DNA from: the human T2T-CHM13v2.0 reference genome, Homo sapiens | DNA: 64,000 nt | Assembly (NCBI RefSeq): GCF_009914755.1 | Contig: NC_060928.1 | Reading direction: 5' to 3' (one strand) | In this document: positions 25,701 to 39,800 of the stretch, piece by piece | Numbering within the stretch: the first letter of the stretch is position 1 | How the letters are laid out: each line of letters begins with the position of its first letter | Position numbers and translations under genes: made by a program | Notes under the pieces: model-generated | Databases searched by the model: none | What the model was told of the DNA's origin: nothing | What the model saw: only the letters and a program-made list of their open reading frames with translations

Positions 25701-28700
25701 CAGCATTTTGGAAACATTCCTTGAGTAGAATCTGCAAGTTGATATTTAGATAGATTTGAAGATTTCGTTGGAAAAGGGAATATCTCCATATAAAATCTAG
25801 AGGGAAGCATTCTCAGAAACTGCTTTGTGATGTTTCCATTCAAGTCACAGAGTTGAATATTCCCTTTTATAGAGCACGTTTGAAACACTCTTTCTGCACT
25901 ATCTGGAAGTGGACATTTCGAGCGCTTTGAGGCCTATGGTGAAAAAGGAAATATCTTCCCATAAAAACTAGACAGAAGCATTCTCAGAAACTTGTTTGTG
26001 ATGTGTGTATTCAACTAACAGAGTTGAACTTTCGTTTTTACAGAGCCGTTTTAAAACACTCTTTTTGTGGAATCAGAAAGTGGATATTCGGATGGCTCTG
26101 AGGATTTCGTTGGAAGCGGGATTACATATAAAATCTAGAGAGAAGCATTCTCAGGAACTTCTTTGTGATGTTTGCATTGAAGTCACAGAATTGAACATTC
26201 ACTTTGATAGAGCAGGTTTGAAACACTCATTCTGTAGTATCTGGAAGTGGACATTTCAAGCGCTTTCAGGCCTATGGTGAGAAAGGAAATATCTTCGAAT
26301 AAAAACTAGACAGAAGCATCCTCAGAAACTTATTTGTGATGTGTGTCCTCAACTAACAGAGTTGAAACTTTGTTTTGATACAGCATTTTGGAAACACTCT
26401 TTTTGTAGAATCTGCAGGTGGATATTTGGATAGCTTAGAGGGATTCGTTGGAAAGGGGATATCTTCATATAAAATCTAGACAGAAGCATTCTCAGAAACT
26501 TATTTGTGATGTGTGTCCTCAACTAACAGAGTTGAACCTTGGTTTTGATACAGCATTTTGGAAACACTCCTTTTGTAGAATCTGCAGGTGGATATGTGGA
26601 TAGCTCTGAAGATTTCGTTGGAAACGGGAATTTCTTCATATAAAATCAAACAGAAGCATTCTCAGAAACTTCTCAGTGATGTTTGCATTCAGCTCATGGA
26701 GTTGAACACTTCCTTTCATAGAGCCGGTTTGAAACACTCTTTCTGCACTACCTGGAAGAGGACATTTCGAGCGCTTTGAGTCCTATGGTGAAAAAGGAAA
26801 TATCTTCTCATAAAAACCAGAAAGAAGCATTCTCAGAAACTTCTTTGTGTTGTGTGTACTCAAGTAACAGTGTTGAACCATCCTTTTGACAGAGCAGTTT
26901 TGAAACACTCTTTTTGTAGAATCTGCAAGTGGATATTTGGATAGCTTTGAGGATTTCGTTGGAAACGGGTTATCTTCATATAAAATCCAGACAGGAGCAT
27001 TCTCAGAAACTTCTTTGTGCTGCATGTCCTCAATTCACAGAGCTGAACCTTTGTTTGGATACAGCATTTTGGAAACATTCCTTTAGTAGAATCTGCAAGT
27101 TGATATTTAGATAGCTTTGAAGATTTCGTTGGAAATGGGAATATCTTCATAGAAAATCTAGACGGAAGCATTCTCAGAAACTGCTTTGTGATGTTTGCAT
27201 TCAAGTCACAGAGTTGAATATTCCCTTTTATAGAGTAGGTTTGAAACACTCTTTCGGCACTACCTGGAAGTGGATATTTCGAGCTCTTTGAGGCCTATGG
27301 TTAAAAGGAAATATCTTCCCATAAAAACTAGACAGAAGCCGTCTCAGAAACTTGTTTGTGATGTGTGTATTCAACTAACAGAGTTGAACATTTCTGTTAC
27401 AGAGCAATTTTAAAACACTCTTTTTGTGGAATCTGAAAGTGGATAATTGGATAGCTTTGTGGATTTCGTTGGAAACGGGATGACGTATAAAATCTAGAGA
27501 GAAGCATTCTCAGGAACTTCTTTCTGATGTTTGCATTCAAGTCACAGAATTGAACATTCCTTTTCATAGTGCAGGTTTGAAACACTCTTTCTGTAGTATC
27601 TGGAAGTGGACATTTCAAGCGCTTTCAGGCCTACGGGGAGAAAGGAAATATCTTCAAATAAAAACTAGACAGAAGGATTCTCAGAAACTTATTTGTGATG
27701 TGTGTCCTAAACGAACACAGTTGAACCTTTGTTTTGATACAGCATTTTGGAAACACTCCTTTTGTAGGATCTGCAGGTGGATATTTGGATAGATTTTAAG
27801 ATTTCGTTGGAAACGGGAGTTTCTTCATAGAAACTCAAGACAGATGCATTCTCAGAAACATCTCTGTGATGTTTGCATTCCACTCATAGAGTTGAAAACT
27901 TCCTTTCATAGAGCAGGTTTGAAACACTCTTTTTGTAATATTTGGAAGTGGACATTTGCAGCGCTTTGAGGCCTATGGTGAAAAAGGAAATATCTTCTCA
28001 TAAAAACCAGAAACAAGCATTCTCAGAAACTTCTTTTTGATGTGTGTACTCAAGTAACAGAGTTGAACCTTCCTTTTGACACAGCAGTTTTGAAACAATC
28101 TTTTTGTAGAATCTGCAAGTGGATATTTGGATAGCTTTGAGGATTTCGTTGGAAACGGGATATCTTCATATAAAATCTAGACAGAAGCATTCTCAGAAAC
28201 TTCTTTGTGCTGTATGTCCTCAATTAACAGAGTTGAACCATTGCTTGGATACAGCATTTTGGAAACATTCCTTGAGTAGAATCTGCAAGTTGATATTTAG
28301 ATAGATTTGAAGATTTCGTTAGAAAAGGGAATATCTCCATAGAAAATCTAGAGGGAAGCATTCTCAGAAACTGCTTTGTGATGTTTCCATTCAAGTCACA
28401 GAGTTGAATATTCCCTTTTATAGAGCACGTTTGAAACACTCTTTCTGCACTATCTGGAAGTGGACATTTCGAGCGCTTTGAGGCCTATGGTGAAAAAGGA
28501 AATATCTTCCCATAAAAACTAGACAGAAGCATTCTCAGAAACTTGTTTGTGATGTGTGTATTCAACTAACAGGGTTGAACTTTTGTTTTTACAGAGCCGT
28601 TTTAAAACACTCTTTTTGTGGAATCAGAAAGTGGATATTCGGATGGCTCTGAGGATTTCGTTGGAAGCGGGATTACATATAAAATCTAGAGAGAAGCATT

Positions 28701-31700
28701 CTCAGGAACTTCTTTGTGATGTTTGCATTGAAGTCACAGAATTGAACATTCACTTTGATAGAGCAGGTTTGAAACACTCATTCTGTAGTATCTGGAAGTG
28801 GACATTTCAAGCGCTTTCAGGCCTATGGTGAGAAAGGAAATATCTTCGAATAAAAACTAGACAGAAGCATCCTCAGAAACTTATTTGTGATGTGTGTCCT
28901 CAACTAACAGAGTTGAACCTTTGTTTTGATACAGCATTTTGGAAACACTCTTTTTGTAGAATCTGCAGGTGGATATTTGGATAGCTTAGAGGGATTCGTT
29001 GGAAAGGGGATATCTTCATATAAAATCTAGACAGAAGCATTCTCAGAAACTTATTTGTGATGTGTGTCCTCAACTAACAGAGTTGAACCTTGGTTTTGAT
29101 ACAGCATTTTGGAAACACTCCTTTTGTAGAATCTGCAGGTGGATATGTGGATAGCTCTGAAGATTTCGTTGGAAACGGGAATTTCTTCATATAAAATCAA
29201 ACAGAAGCATTCTCAGAAACTTCTCAGTGATGTTTGCATTCAGCTCATGGAGTTGAACACTTCCTTTCATAGAGCCGGTTTGAAACACTCTTTCTGCACT
29301 ACCTGGAAGAGGACATTTCGAGCGCTTTGAGTCCTATGGTGAAAAAGGAAATATCTTCTCATAAAAACCAGAAAGAAGCATTCTCAGAAACTTCTTTGTG
29401 TTGTGTGTACTCATGTAACAGTGTTGAACCATCCTTTTGACAGAGCAGTTTTGAAACACTCTTTTTGTAGAATCTGCAAGTGGATATTTGGATAGCTTTG
29501 AGGATTTCGCTGGAAACGGGATGACATATAATATCTAGAGAGAAGCATTCTCAGGAACTTCTTTATGATGTTTGCATTCAAGTCACAGAATTGAACATTC
29601 CCTTTCATAGAGCAGTTTTGAAACACTCTTTCTCTAGTATCTGGAAGTGGGCATTTCAAGCGCTTTCAGGCCTATGGAGAGAAAGGAAATACCTTCAAAT
29701 AAAAACTAGACAGAAGCATTCTCAGAAACTTATTTGTGATGTGTGTCCTCAACTAACAGAGTTGAACCTTTGTTTTGATACAGCATTTTGGAAACACTCC
29801 TTTTGTAGAATCTGCAGGTGGATATTTGGATAGCTTTGAAGATTTCGTTGGAAACCGGAATATCTTCATATAAAATCAAGACAGAAGCATTCTCGGAAAC
29901 ATCTCTGTGATGTTTGCATTCAACTCAGTAGAGTTGAACACTTCCTTTCATAGAGCCGGTTTGAAACACTCTTTCTGCACTACCTGGAAGCGGACATTTC
30001 GAGCGCTTTGAGGCCTATGGTGAAAAAGGAAATATCTTCTCATAAAAACCAGAAAGAAGCATTCTCAGAAACTTCTTTGTGTTGTGTGTACTCAAGTAAC
30101 AGTGTTGAACCTTCCTTTTGACACAGCAGTTTTGAAACACTCTTTTGGTAGAATCTGCAAGTGGATATTTGGATAGCTTTGAGGATTTCGTTGGAAACGG
30201 GTTATCTTCATATAAAATCCAGACAGGAGCATTCTCAGAAACTTCTTTGTGCTGCATGTCCTCAATTCACAGAGCTGAACCTTTGTTTGGATACAGCATT
30301 TTGGAGACATTCCTTTAGTAGAATCTGCAAGTTGATATTTAGATAGCTTTGAAGATTTCGTTGGAAACGGGAATATCTTCATAGAAAATCTAGACGGAAG
30401 CATTCTCAGAAACTGCTTTGTGATGTTTGCATTCAAGTCACAGAGTTGAATATTCCCTTTTATAGAGTAGGTTTGAAACACTCTTTTGGCACTACCTGGA
30501 AGTGGATATTTCGAGCTCTTTGAGGCCTATGGTTAAAAGGAAATATCTTCCCATAAAAACTAGACAGAAGCCATCTCAGAAACTTGTTTGTGATGTGTGT
30601 ATTCAACTAACAGAGTTGAACATTTCTGTTACAGAGCAATTTTAAAACACTCTTTTTGTGGAATCTGAAAGTGGATAATTGGATAGCTTTGTGGATTTCG
30701 TTGGAAACGGGATGACGTATAAAATCTAGAGAGAAGCATTCTCAGGAACTTCTTTCTGATGTTTGCATTCAAGTCACAGAATTGAACATTCCTTTTCATA
30801 GTGCAGGTTTGAAACACTCTTTCTGTAGTATCTGGAAGTGGACATTTCAAGCGCTTTCAGGCCTACGGGGAGAAAGGAAATATCTTCAAATAAAAACTAG
30901 ACAGAAGGATTCTCAGAAACTTATTTGTGATGTGTGTCCTAAACGAACACAGTTGAACCTTTGTTTTGATACAGCATTTTGGAAACACTCCTTTTGTAGG
31001 ATCTGCAGGTGGATATTTGGATAGATTTTAAGATTTCGTTGGAAACGGGAGTTTCTTCATAGAAACTCAAGACAGATGCATTCTCAGAAACATCTCTGTG
31101 ATGTTTGCATTCCACTCATAGAGTTGAAAACTTCCTTTCATAGAGCAGGTTTGAAACACTCTTTTTGTAATATTTGGAAGTGGACATTTGCAGCGCTTTG
31201 AGGCCTATGGTGAAAAAGGAAATATCTTCTCATAAAAACCAGAAACAAGCATTCTCAGAAACTTCTTTTTGATGTGTGTACTCAAGTAACAGAGTTGAAC
31301 CTTCCTTTTGACACAGCAGTTTTGAAACAATCTTTTTGTAGAATCTGCAAGTGGATATTTGGATAGCTTTGAGGATTTCGTTGGAAACGGGATATCTTCA
31401 TATAAAATCTAGACAGAAGCATTCTCAGAAACTTCTTTGTGCTGTATGTCCTCAATTAACAGAGTTGAACCATTGCTTGGATACAGCATTTTGGAAACAT
31501 TCCTTGAGTAGAATCTGCAAGTTGATATTTAGATAGATTTGAAGATTTCGTTGGAAAAGGGAATATCTCCATATAAAATCTAGAGGGAAGCATTCTCAGA
31601 AACTGCTTTGTGATGTTTCCATTCAAGTCACAGAGTTGAATATTCCCTTTTATAGAGCACGTTTGAAACACTCTTTCTGCACTATCTGGAAGTGGACATT

Positions 31701-34338
31701 TCGAGCGCTTTGAGGCCTATGGTGAAAAAGGAAATATCTTCCCATAAAAACTAGACAGAAGCATTCTCAGAAACTTGTTTGTGATGTGTGTATTCAACTA
31801 ACAGAGTTGAACTTTCGTTTTTACAGAGCCGTTTTAAAACACTCTTTTTGTGGAATCAGAAAGTGGATATTCGGATGGCTCTGAGGATTTCGTTGGAAGC
31901 GGGATTACATATAAAATCTAGAGAGAAGCATTCTCAGGAACTTCTTTGTGATGTTTGCATTGAAGTCACAGAATTGAACATTCACTTTGATAGAGCAGGT
32001 TTGAAACACTCATTCTGTAGTATCTGGAAGTGGACATTTCAAGCGCTTTCAGGCCTATGGTGAGAAAGGAAATATCTTCGAATAAAAACTAGACAGAAGC
32101 ATCCTCAGAAACTTATTTGTGATGTGTGTCCTCAACTAACAGAGTTGAAACTTTGTTTTGATACAGCATTTTGGAAACACTCTTTTTGTAGAATCTGCAG
32201 GTGGATATTTGGATAGCTTAGAGGGATTCGTTGGAAAGGGGATATCTTCATATAAAATCTAGACAGAAGCATTCTCAGAAACTTATTTGTGATGTGTGTC
32301 CTCAACTAACAGAGTTGAACCTTGGTTTTGATACAGCATTTTGGAAACACTCCTTTTGTAGAATCTGCAGGTGGATATGTGGATAGCTCTGAAGATTTCG
32401 TTGGAAACGGGAATTTCTTCATATAAAATCAAACAGAAGCATTCTCAGAAACTTCTCAGTGATGTTTGCATTCAGCTCATGGAGTTGAACACTTCCTTTC
32501 ATAGAGCCGGTTTGAAACACTCTTTCTGCACTACCTGGAAGAGGACATTTCGAGCGCTTTGAGTCCTATGGTGAAAAAGGAAATATCTTCTCATAAAAAC
32601 CAGAAAGAAGCATTCTCAGAAACTTCTTTGTGTTGTGTGTACTCAAGTAACAGTGTTGAACCATCCTTTTGACAGAGCAGTTTTGAAACACTCTTTTTGT
32701 AGAATCTGCAAGTGGATATTTGGATAGCTTTGAGGATTTCGTTGGAAACGGGTTATCTTCATATAAAATCCAGACAGGAGCATTCTCAGAAACTTCTTTG
32801 TGCTGCATGTCCTCAATTCACAGAGCTGAACCTTTGTTTGGATACAGCATTTTGGAAACATTCCTTTAGTAGAATCTGCAAGTTGATATTTAGATAGCTT
32901 TGAAGATTTCGTTGGAAACGGGAATATCTTCATAGAAAATCTAGACGGAAGCATTCTCAGAAACTGCTTTGTGATGTTTGCATTCAAGTCACAGAGTTGA
33001 ATATTCCCTTTTATAGAGTAGGTTTGAAACACTCTTTCGGCACTACCTGGAAGTGGATATTTCGAGCTCTTTGAGGCCTATGGTTAAAAGGAAATATCTT
33101 CCCATAAAAACTAGACAGAAGCCGTCTCAGAAACTTGTTTGTGATGTGTGTATTCAACTAACAGAGTTGAACATTTCTGTTACAGAGCAATTTTAAAACA
33201 CTCTTTTTGTGGAATCTGAAAGTGGATAATTGGATAGCTTTGTGGATTTCGTTGGAAACGGGATGACGTATAAAATCTAGAGAGAAGCATTCTCAGGAAC
33301 TTCTTTCTGATGTTTGCATTCAAGTCACAGAATTGAACATTCCTTTTCATAGTGCAGGTTTGAAACACTCTTTCTGTAGTATCTGGAAGTGGACATTTCA
33401 AGCGCTTTCAGGCCTACGGGGAGAAAGGAAATATCTTCAAATAAAAACTAGACAGAAGGATTCTCAGAAACTTATTTGTGATGTGTGTCCTAAACGAACA
33501 CAGTTGAACCTTTGTTTTGATACAGCATTTTGGAAACACTCCTTTTGTAGGATCTGCAGGTGGATATTTGGATAGATTTTAAGATTTCGTTGGAAACGGG
33601 AGTTTCTTCATAGAAACTCAAGACAGATGCATTCTCAGAAACATCTCTGTGATGTTTGCATTCCACTCATAGAGTTGAAAACTTCCTTTCATAGAGCAGG
33701 TTTGAAACACTCTTTTTGTAATATTTGGAAGTGGACATTTGCAGCGCTTTGAGGCCTATGGTGAAAAAGGAAATATCTTCTCATAAAAACCAGAAACAAG
33801 CATTCTCAGAAACTTCTTTTTGATGTGTGTACTCAAGTAACAGAGTTGAACCTTCCTTTTGACACAGCAGTTTTGAAACAATCTTTTTGTAGAATCTGCA
33901 AGTGGATATTTGGATAGCTTTGAGGATTTCGTTGGAAACGGGATATCTTCATATAAAATCTAGACAGAAGCATTCTCAGAAACTTCTTTGTGCTGTATGT
34001 CCTCAATTAACAGAGTTGAACCATTGCTTGGATACAGCATTTTGGAAACATTCCTTGAGTAGAATCTGCAAGTTGATATTTAGATAGATTTGAAGATTTC
34101 GTTGGAAAAGGGAATATCTCCATATAAAATCTAGAGGGAAGCATTCTCAGAAACTGCTTTGTGATGTTTCCATTCAAGTCACAGAGTTGAATATTCCCTT
34201 TTATAGAGCACGTTTGAAACACTCTTTCTGCACTATCTGGAAGTGGACATTTCGAGCGCTTTGAGGCCTATGGTGAAAAAGGAAATATCTTCCCATAAAA
34301 ACTAGACAGAAGCATTCTCAGAAACTTGTTTGTGATGT
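22773..34338 (+). repeat. Two copies of a 19-mer + 15-mer block (5783-bp period; type II 15-mer junction)
   Basis: Spacings 3232, 2551, 3232, 2551, with private SNVs recurring at exactly +5783. Confidence 0.9.
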
Positions 34339-36889
34339 GTGTATTCAACTAACAGAGTTGAACTTTTGTTTTTACAGAGCCGTTTTAAAACACTCTTTTT
34401 GTGGAATCAGAAAGTGGATATTCGGATGGCTCTGAGGATTTCGTTGGAAGCGGGATTACATATAAAATCTAGAGAGAAGCATTCTCAGGAACTTCTTTGT
34501 GATGTTTGCATTGAAGTCACAGAATTGAACATTCACTTTGATAGAGCAGGTTTGAAACACTCATTCTGTAGTATCTGGAAGTGGACATTTCAAGCGCTTT
34601 CAGGCCTATGGTGAGAAAGGAAATATCTTCGAATAAAAACTAGACAGAAGCATCCTCAGAAACTTATTTGTGATGTGTGTCCTCAACTAACAGAGTTGAA
34701 ACTTTGTTTTGATACAGCATTTTGGAAACACTCTTTTTGTAGAATCTGCAGGTGGATATTTGGATAGCTTAGAGGGATTCGTTGGAAAGGGGATATCTTC
34801 ATATAAAATCTAGACAGAAGCATTCTCAGAAACTTATTTGTGATGTGTGTCCTCAACTAACAGAGTTGAACCTTGGTTTTGATACAGCATTTTGGAAACA
34901 CTCCTTTTGTAGAATCTGCAGGTGGATATGTGGATAGCTCTGAAGATTTCGTTGGAAACGGGAATTTCTTCATATAAAATCAAACAGAAGCATTCTCAGA
35001 AACTTCTCAGTGATGTTTGCATTCAGCTCATGGAGTTGAACACTTCCTTTCATAGAGCCGGTTTGAAACACTCTTTCTGCACTACCTGGAAGAGGACATT
35101 TCGAGCGCTTTGAGTCCTATGGTGAAAAAGGAAATATCTTCTCATAAAAACCAGAAAGAAGCATTCTCAGAAACTTCTTTGTGTTGTGTGTACTCATGTA
35201 ACAGTGTTGAACCTTCCTTTTGACACAGCAGTTTTGAAACACTCTTTTGGTAGAATCTGCAAGTGGATATTTGGATAGCTTTGAGGATTTCGTTGGAAAC
35301 GGGTTATCTTCATATAAAATCCAGACAGGAGCATTCTCAGAAACTTCTTTGTGCTGCATGTCCTCAATTCACAGAGCTGAACCTTTGTTTGGATACAGCA
35401 TTTTGGAAACATTCCTTTAGTAGAATCTGCAAGTTGATATTTAGATAGCTTTGAAGATTTCGTTGGAAACGGGAATATCTTCATAGAAAATCTAGACGGA
35501 AGCATTCTCAGAAACTGCTTTGTGATGTTTGCATTCAAGTCACAGAGTTGAATATTCCCTTTTATAGAGTAGGTTTGAAACACTCTTTCGGCACTACCTG
35601 GAAGTGGATATTTCGAGCTCTTTGAGGCCTATGGTTAAAAGGAAATATCTTCCCATAAAAACTAGACAGAAGCCGTCTCAGAAACTTGTTTGTGATGTGT
35701 GTATTCAACTAACAGAGTTGAACATTTCTGTTACAGAGCAATTTTAAAACACTCTTTTTGTGGAATCTGAAAGTGGATAATTGGATAGCTTTGTGGATTT
35801 CGTTGGAAACGGGATGACGTATAAAATCTAGAGAGAAGCATTCTCAGGAACTTCTTTCTGATGTTTGCATTCAAGTCACAGAATTGAACATTCCTTTTCA
35901 TAGTGCAGGTTTGAAACACTCTTTCTGTAGTATCTGGAAGTGGACATTTCAAGCGCTTTCAGGCCTACGGGGAGAAAGGAAATATCTTCAAATAAAAACT
36001 AGACAGAAGGATTCTCAGAAACTTATTTGTGATGTGTGTCCTAAACGAACACAGTTGAACCTTTGTTTTGATACAGCATTTTGGAAACACTCCTTTTGTA
36101 GGATCTGCAGGTGGATATTTGGATAGATTTTAAGATTTCGTTGGAAACGGGAGTTTCTTCATAGAAACTCAAGACAGATGCATTCTCAGAAACTTCTCTG
36201 TGATGTTTGCATTCCACTCATAGAGTTGAAAACTTCCTTTCATAGAGCAGGTTTGAAACACTCTTTTTGTAATATTTGGAAGTGGACATTTGCAGCGCTT
36301 TGAGGCCTATGGTGAAAAAGGAAATATCTTCTCATAAAAACCAGAAACAAGCATTCTCAGAAACTTCTTTTTGATGTGTGTACTCAAGTAACAGAGTTGA
36401 ACCTTCCTTTTGACACAGCAGTTTTGAAACAATCTTTTTGTAGAATCTGCAAGTGGATATTTGGATAGCTTTGAGGATTTCGTTGGAAACGGGATATCTT
36501 CATATAAAATCTAGACAGAAGCATTCTCAGAAACTTCTTTGTGCTGTATGTCCTCAATTAACAGAGTTGAACCATTGCTTGGATACAGCATTTTGGAAAC
36601 ATTCCTTGAGTAGAATCTGCAAGTTGATATTTAGATAGATTTGAAGATTTCGTTGGAAAAGGGAATATCTCCATATAAAATCTAGAGGGAAGCATTCTCA
36701 GAAACTGCTTTGTGATGTTTCCATTCAAGTCACAGAGTTGAATATTCCCTTTTATAGAGCACGTTTGAAACACTCTTTCTGCACTATCTGGAAGTGGACA
36801 TTTCGAGCGCTTTGAGGCCTATGGTGAAAAAGGAAATATCTTCCCATAAAAACTAGACAGAAGCATTCTCAGAAACTTGTTTGTGATGT
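34339..36889 (+). repeat. 15-mer HOR variant (2551 bp; type I junction)
   Basis: Spacing 2551. Markers T35197 (m10) then T35214 (m14) match the junction at 1682/1699. Confidence 0.9.
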
Positions 36890-39800
36890 GTGTATTCAAC
36901 TAACAGAGTTGAACTTTTGTTTTTACAGAGCCGTTTTAAAACACTCTTTTTGTGGAATCAGAAAGTGGATATTCGGATGGCTCTGAGGATTTCGTTGGAA
37001 GCGGGATTACGTATAAAATCTAGAGAGAAGCATTCTCAGGAACTTCTTTGTGATGTTTGCATTGAAGTCACAGAATTGAACATTCACTTTGATAGAGCAG
37101 GTTTGAAACACTCATTCTGTAGTATCTGGAAGTGGACATTTCAAGCGCTTTCAGGCCTATGGTGAGAAAGGAAATATCTTCGAATAAAAACTAGACAGAA
37201 GCATCCTCAGAAACTTATTTGTGATGTGTGTCCTCAACTAACAGAGTTGAAACTTTGTTTTGATACAGCATTTTGGAAACACTCTTTTTGTAGAATCTGC
37301 AGGTGGATATTTGGATAGCTTAGAGGGATTCGTTGGAAAGGGGATATCTTCATATAAAATCTAGACAGAAGCATTCTCAGAAACTTATTTGTGATGTGTG
37401 TCCTCAACTAACAGAGTTGAACCTTGGTTTTGATACAGCATTTTGGAAACACTCCTTTTGTAGAATCTGCAGGTGGATATGTGGATAGCTCTGAAGATTT
37501 CGTTGGAAACGGGAATTTCTTCATATAAAATCAAACAGAAGCATTCTCAGAAACTTCTCAGTGATGTTTGCATTCAGCTCATGGAGTTGAACACTTCCTT
37601 TCATAGAGCCGGTTTGAAACACTCTTTCTGCACTACCTGGAAGAGGACATTTCGAGCGCTTTGAGTCCTATGGTGAAAAAGGAAATATCTTCTCATAGAA
37701 ACCAGAAAGAAGCATTCTCAGAAACTTCTTTGTGTTGTGTGTACTCATGTAACAGTGTTGAACCATCCTTTTGACAGAGCAGTTTTGAAACACTCTTTTT
37801 GTAGAATCTGCAAGTGGATATTTGGATAGCTTTGAGGATTTCGTTGGAAACGGGATGACATATAATATCTAGAGAGAAGCATTCTCAGGAACTTCTTTGT
37901 GATGTTTGCATTCAAGTCACAGAATTGAACATTCCCTTTCATAGAGCAGGTTTGAAACACTCTTTCTCTAGTATCTGGAAGTGGGCATTTCAAGCGCTTT
38001 CAGGCCTATGGAGAGAAAGGAAATACCTTCAAATAAAAACTAGACAGAAGCATTCTCAGAAACTTATTTGTGATGTGTGTCCTCAACTAACAGAGTTGAA
38101 CCTTTGTTTTGATACAGCATTTTGGAAACACTCCTTTTGTAGAATCTGCAGGTGGATATTTGGATAGCTTTGAAGATTTCGTTGGAAACCGGAATATCTT
38201 CATATAAAATCAAGACAGAAGCATTCTCGGAAACATCTCTGTGATGTTTGCATTCAACTCAGTAGAGTTGAACACTTCCTTTCATAGAGCAGGTTTGAAA
38301 CACTCTTTCTGCACTACCTGGAAGCGGACATTTCGAGCGCTTTGAGGCCTATGGTGAAAAAGGAAATATCTTCTCATAAAAACCAGAAAGAAGCATTCTC
38401 AGAAACTTCTTTGTGTTGTGTGTACTCAACTAACAGTGTTGAACCTTCCTTTTGACACAGCAGTTTTGAAACACTCTTTTGGTAGAATCTGCAAGTGGAT
38501 ATTTGGATAGCTTTGAGGATTTCGTTGGAAACGGGTTATCTTCATATAAAATCCAGACAGGAGCATTCTCAGAAACTTCTTTGTGCTGTATGTCCTCAAT
38601 TCACAGAGCTGAACCTTTGTTTGGATACAGCATTTTGGAGACATTCCTTTAGTAGAATCTGCAAGTTGATATTTAGATAGCTTTGAAGATTTCGTTGGAA
38701 ACGGGAATATCTTCATAGAAAATCTAGACGGAAGCATTCTCAGAAACTGCTTTGTGATGTTTGCATTCAAGTCACAGAGTTGAATATTCCCTTTTATAGA
38801 GTAGGTTTGAAACACTCTTTCGGCACTACCTGGAAGTGGATATTTCGAGCTCTTTGAGACCTATGGTTAAAAGGAAATATCTTCCCATAAAAACTAGACA
38901 GAAGCCGTCTCAGAAACTTGTTTGTGATGTGTGTATTCAACTAACAGAGTTGAACATTTCTGTTACAGAGCAATTTTAAAACACTCTTTTTGTGGAATCT
39001 GAAAGTGGATAATTGGATAGCTTTGTGGATTTCGTTGGAAACGGGATGACGTATAAAATCTAGAGAGAAGCATTCTCAGGAACTTCTTTCTGATGTTTGC
39101 ATTCAAGTCACAGAATTGAACATTCCTTTTCATAGTGCAGGTTTGAAACACTCTTTCTGTAGTATCTGGAAGTGGACATTTCAAGCGCTTTCAGGCCTAC
39201 GGGGAGAAAGGAAATATCTTCAAATAAAAACTAGACAGAAGGATTCTCAGAAACTTATTTGTGATGTGTGTCCTAAACGAACACAGTTGAACCTTTGTTT
39301 TGATACAGCATTTTGGAAACACTCCTTTTGTAGGATCTGCAGGTGGATATTTGGATAGATTTTAAGATTTCGTTGGAAACGGGAGTTTCTTCATAGAAAC
39401 TCAAGACAGATGCATTCTCAGAAACATCTCTGTGATGTTTGCATTCCACTCATAGTGTTGAAAACTTCCTTTCATAGAGCAGGTTTGAAACACTCTTTTT
39501 GTAATATTTGGAAGTGGACATTTGCAGCGCTTTGAGGCCTATGGTGAAAAAGGAAATATCTTCTCATAAAAACCAGAAACAAGCATTCTCAGAAACTTCT
39601 TTTTGATGTGTGTACTCAAGTAACAGAGTTGAACCTTCCTTTTGACACAGCAGTTTTGAAACAATCTTTTTGTAGAATCTGCAAGTGGATATTTGGATAG
39701 CTTTGAGGATTTCGTTGGAAACGGGATATCTTCATATAAAATCTAGACAGAAGCATTCTCAGAAACTTCTTTGTGCTGTATGTCCTCAATTAACAGAGTT

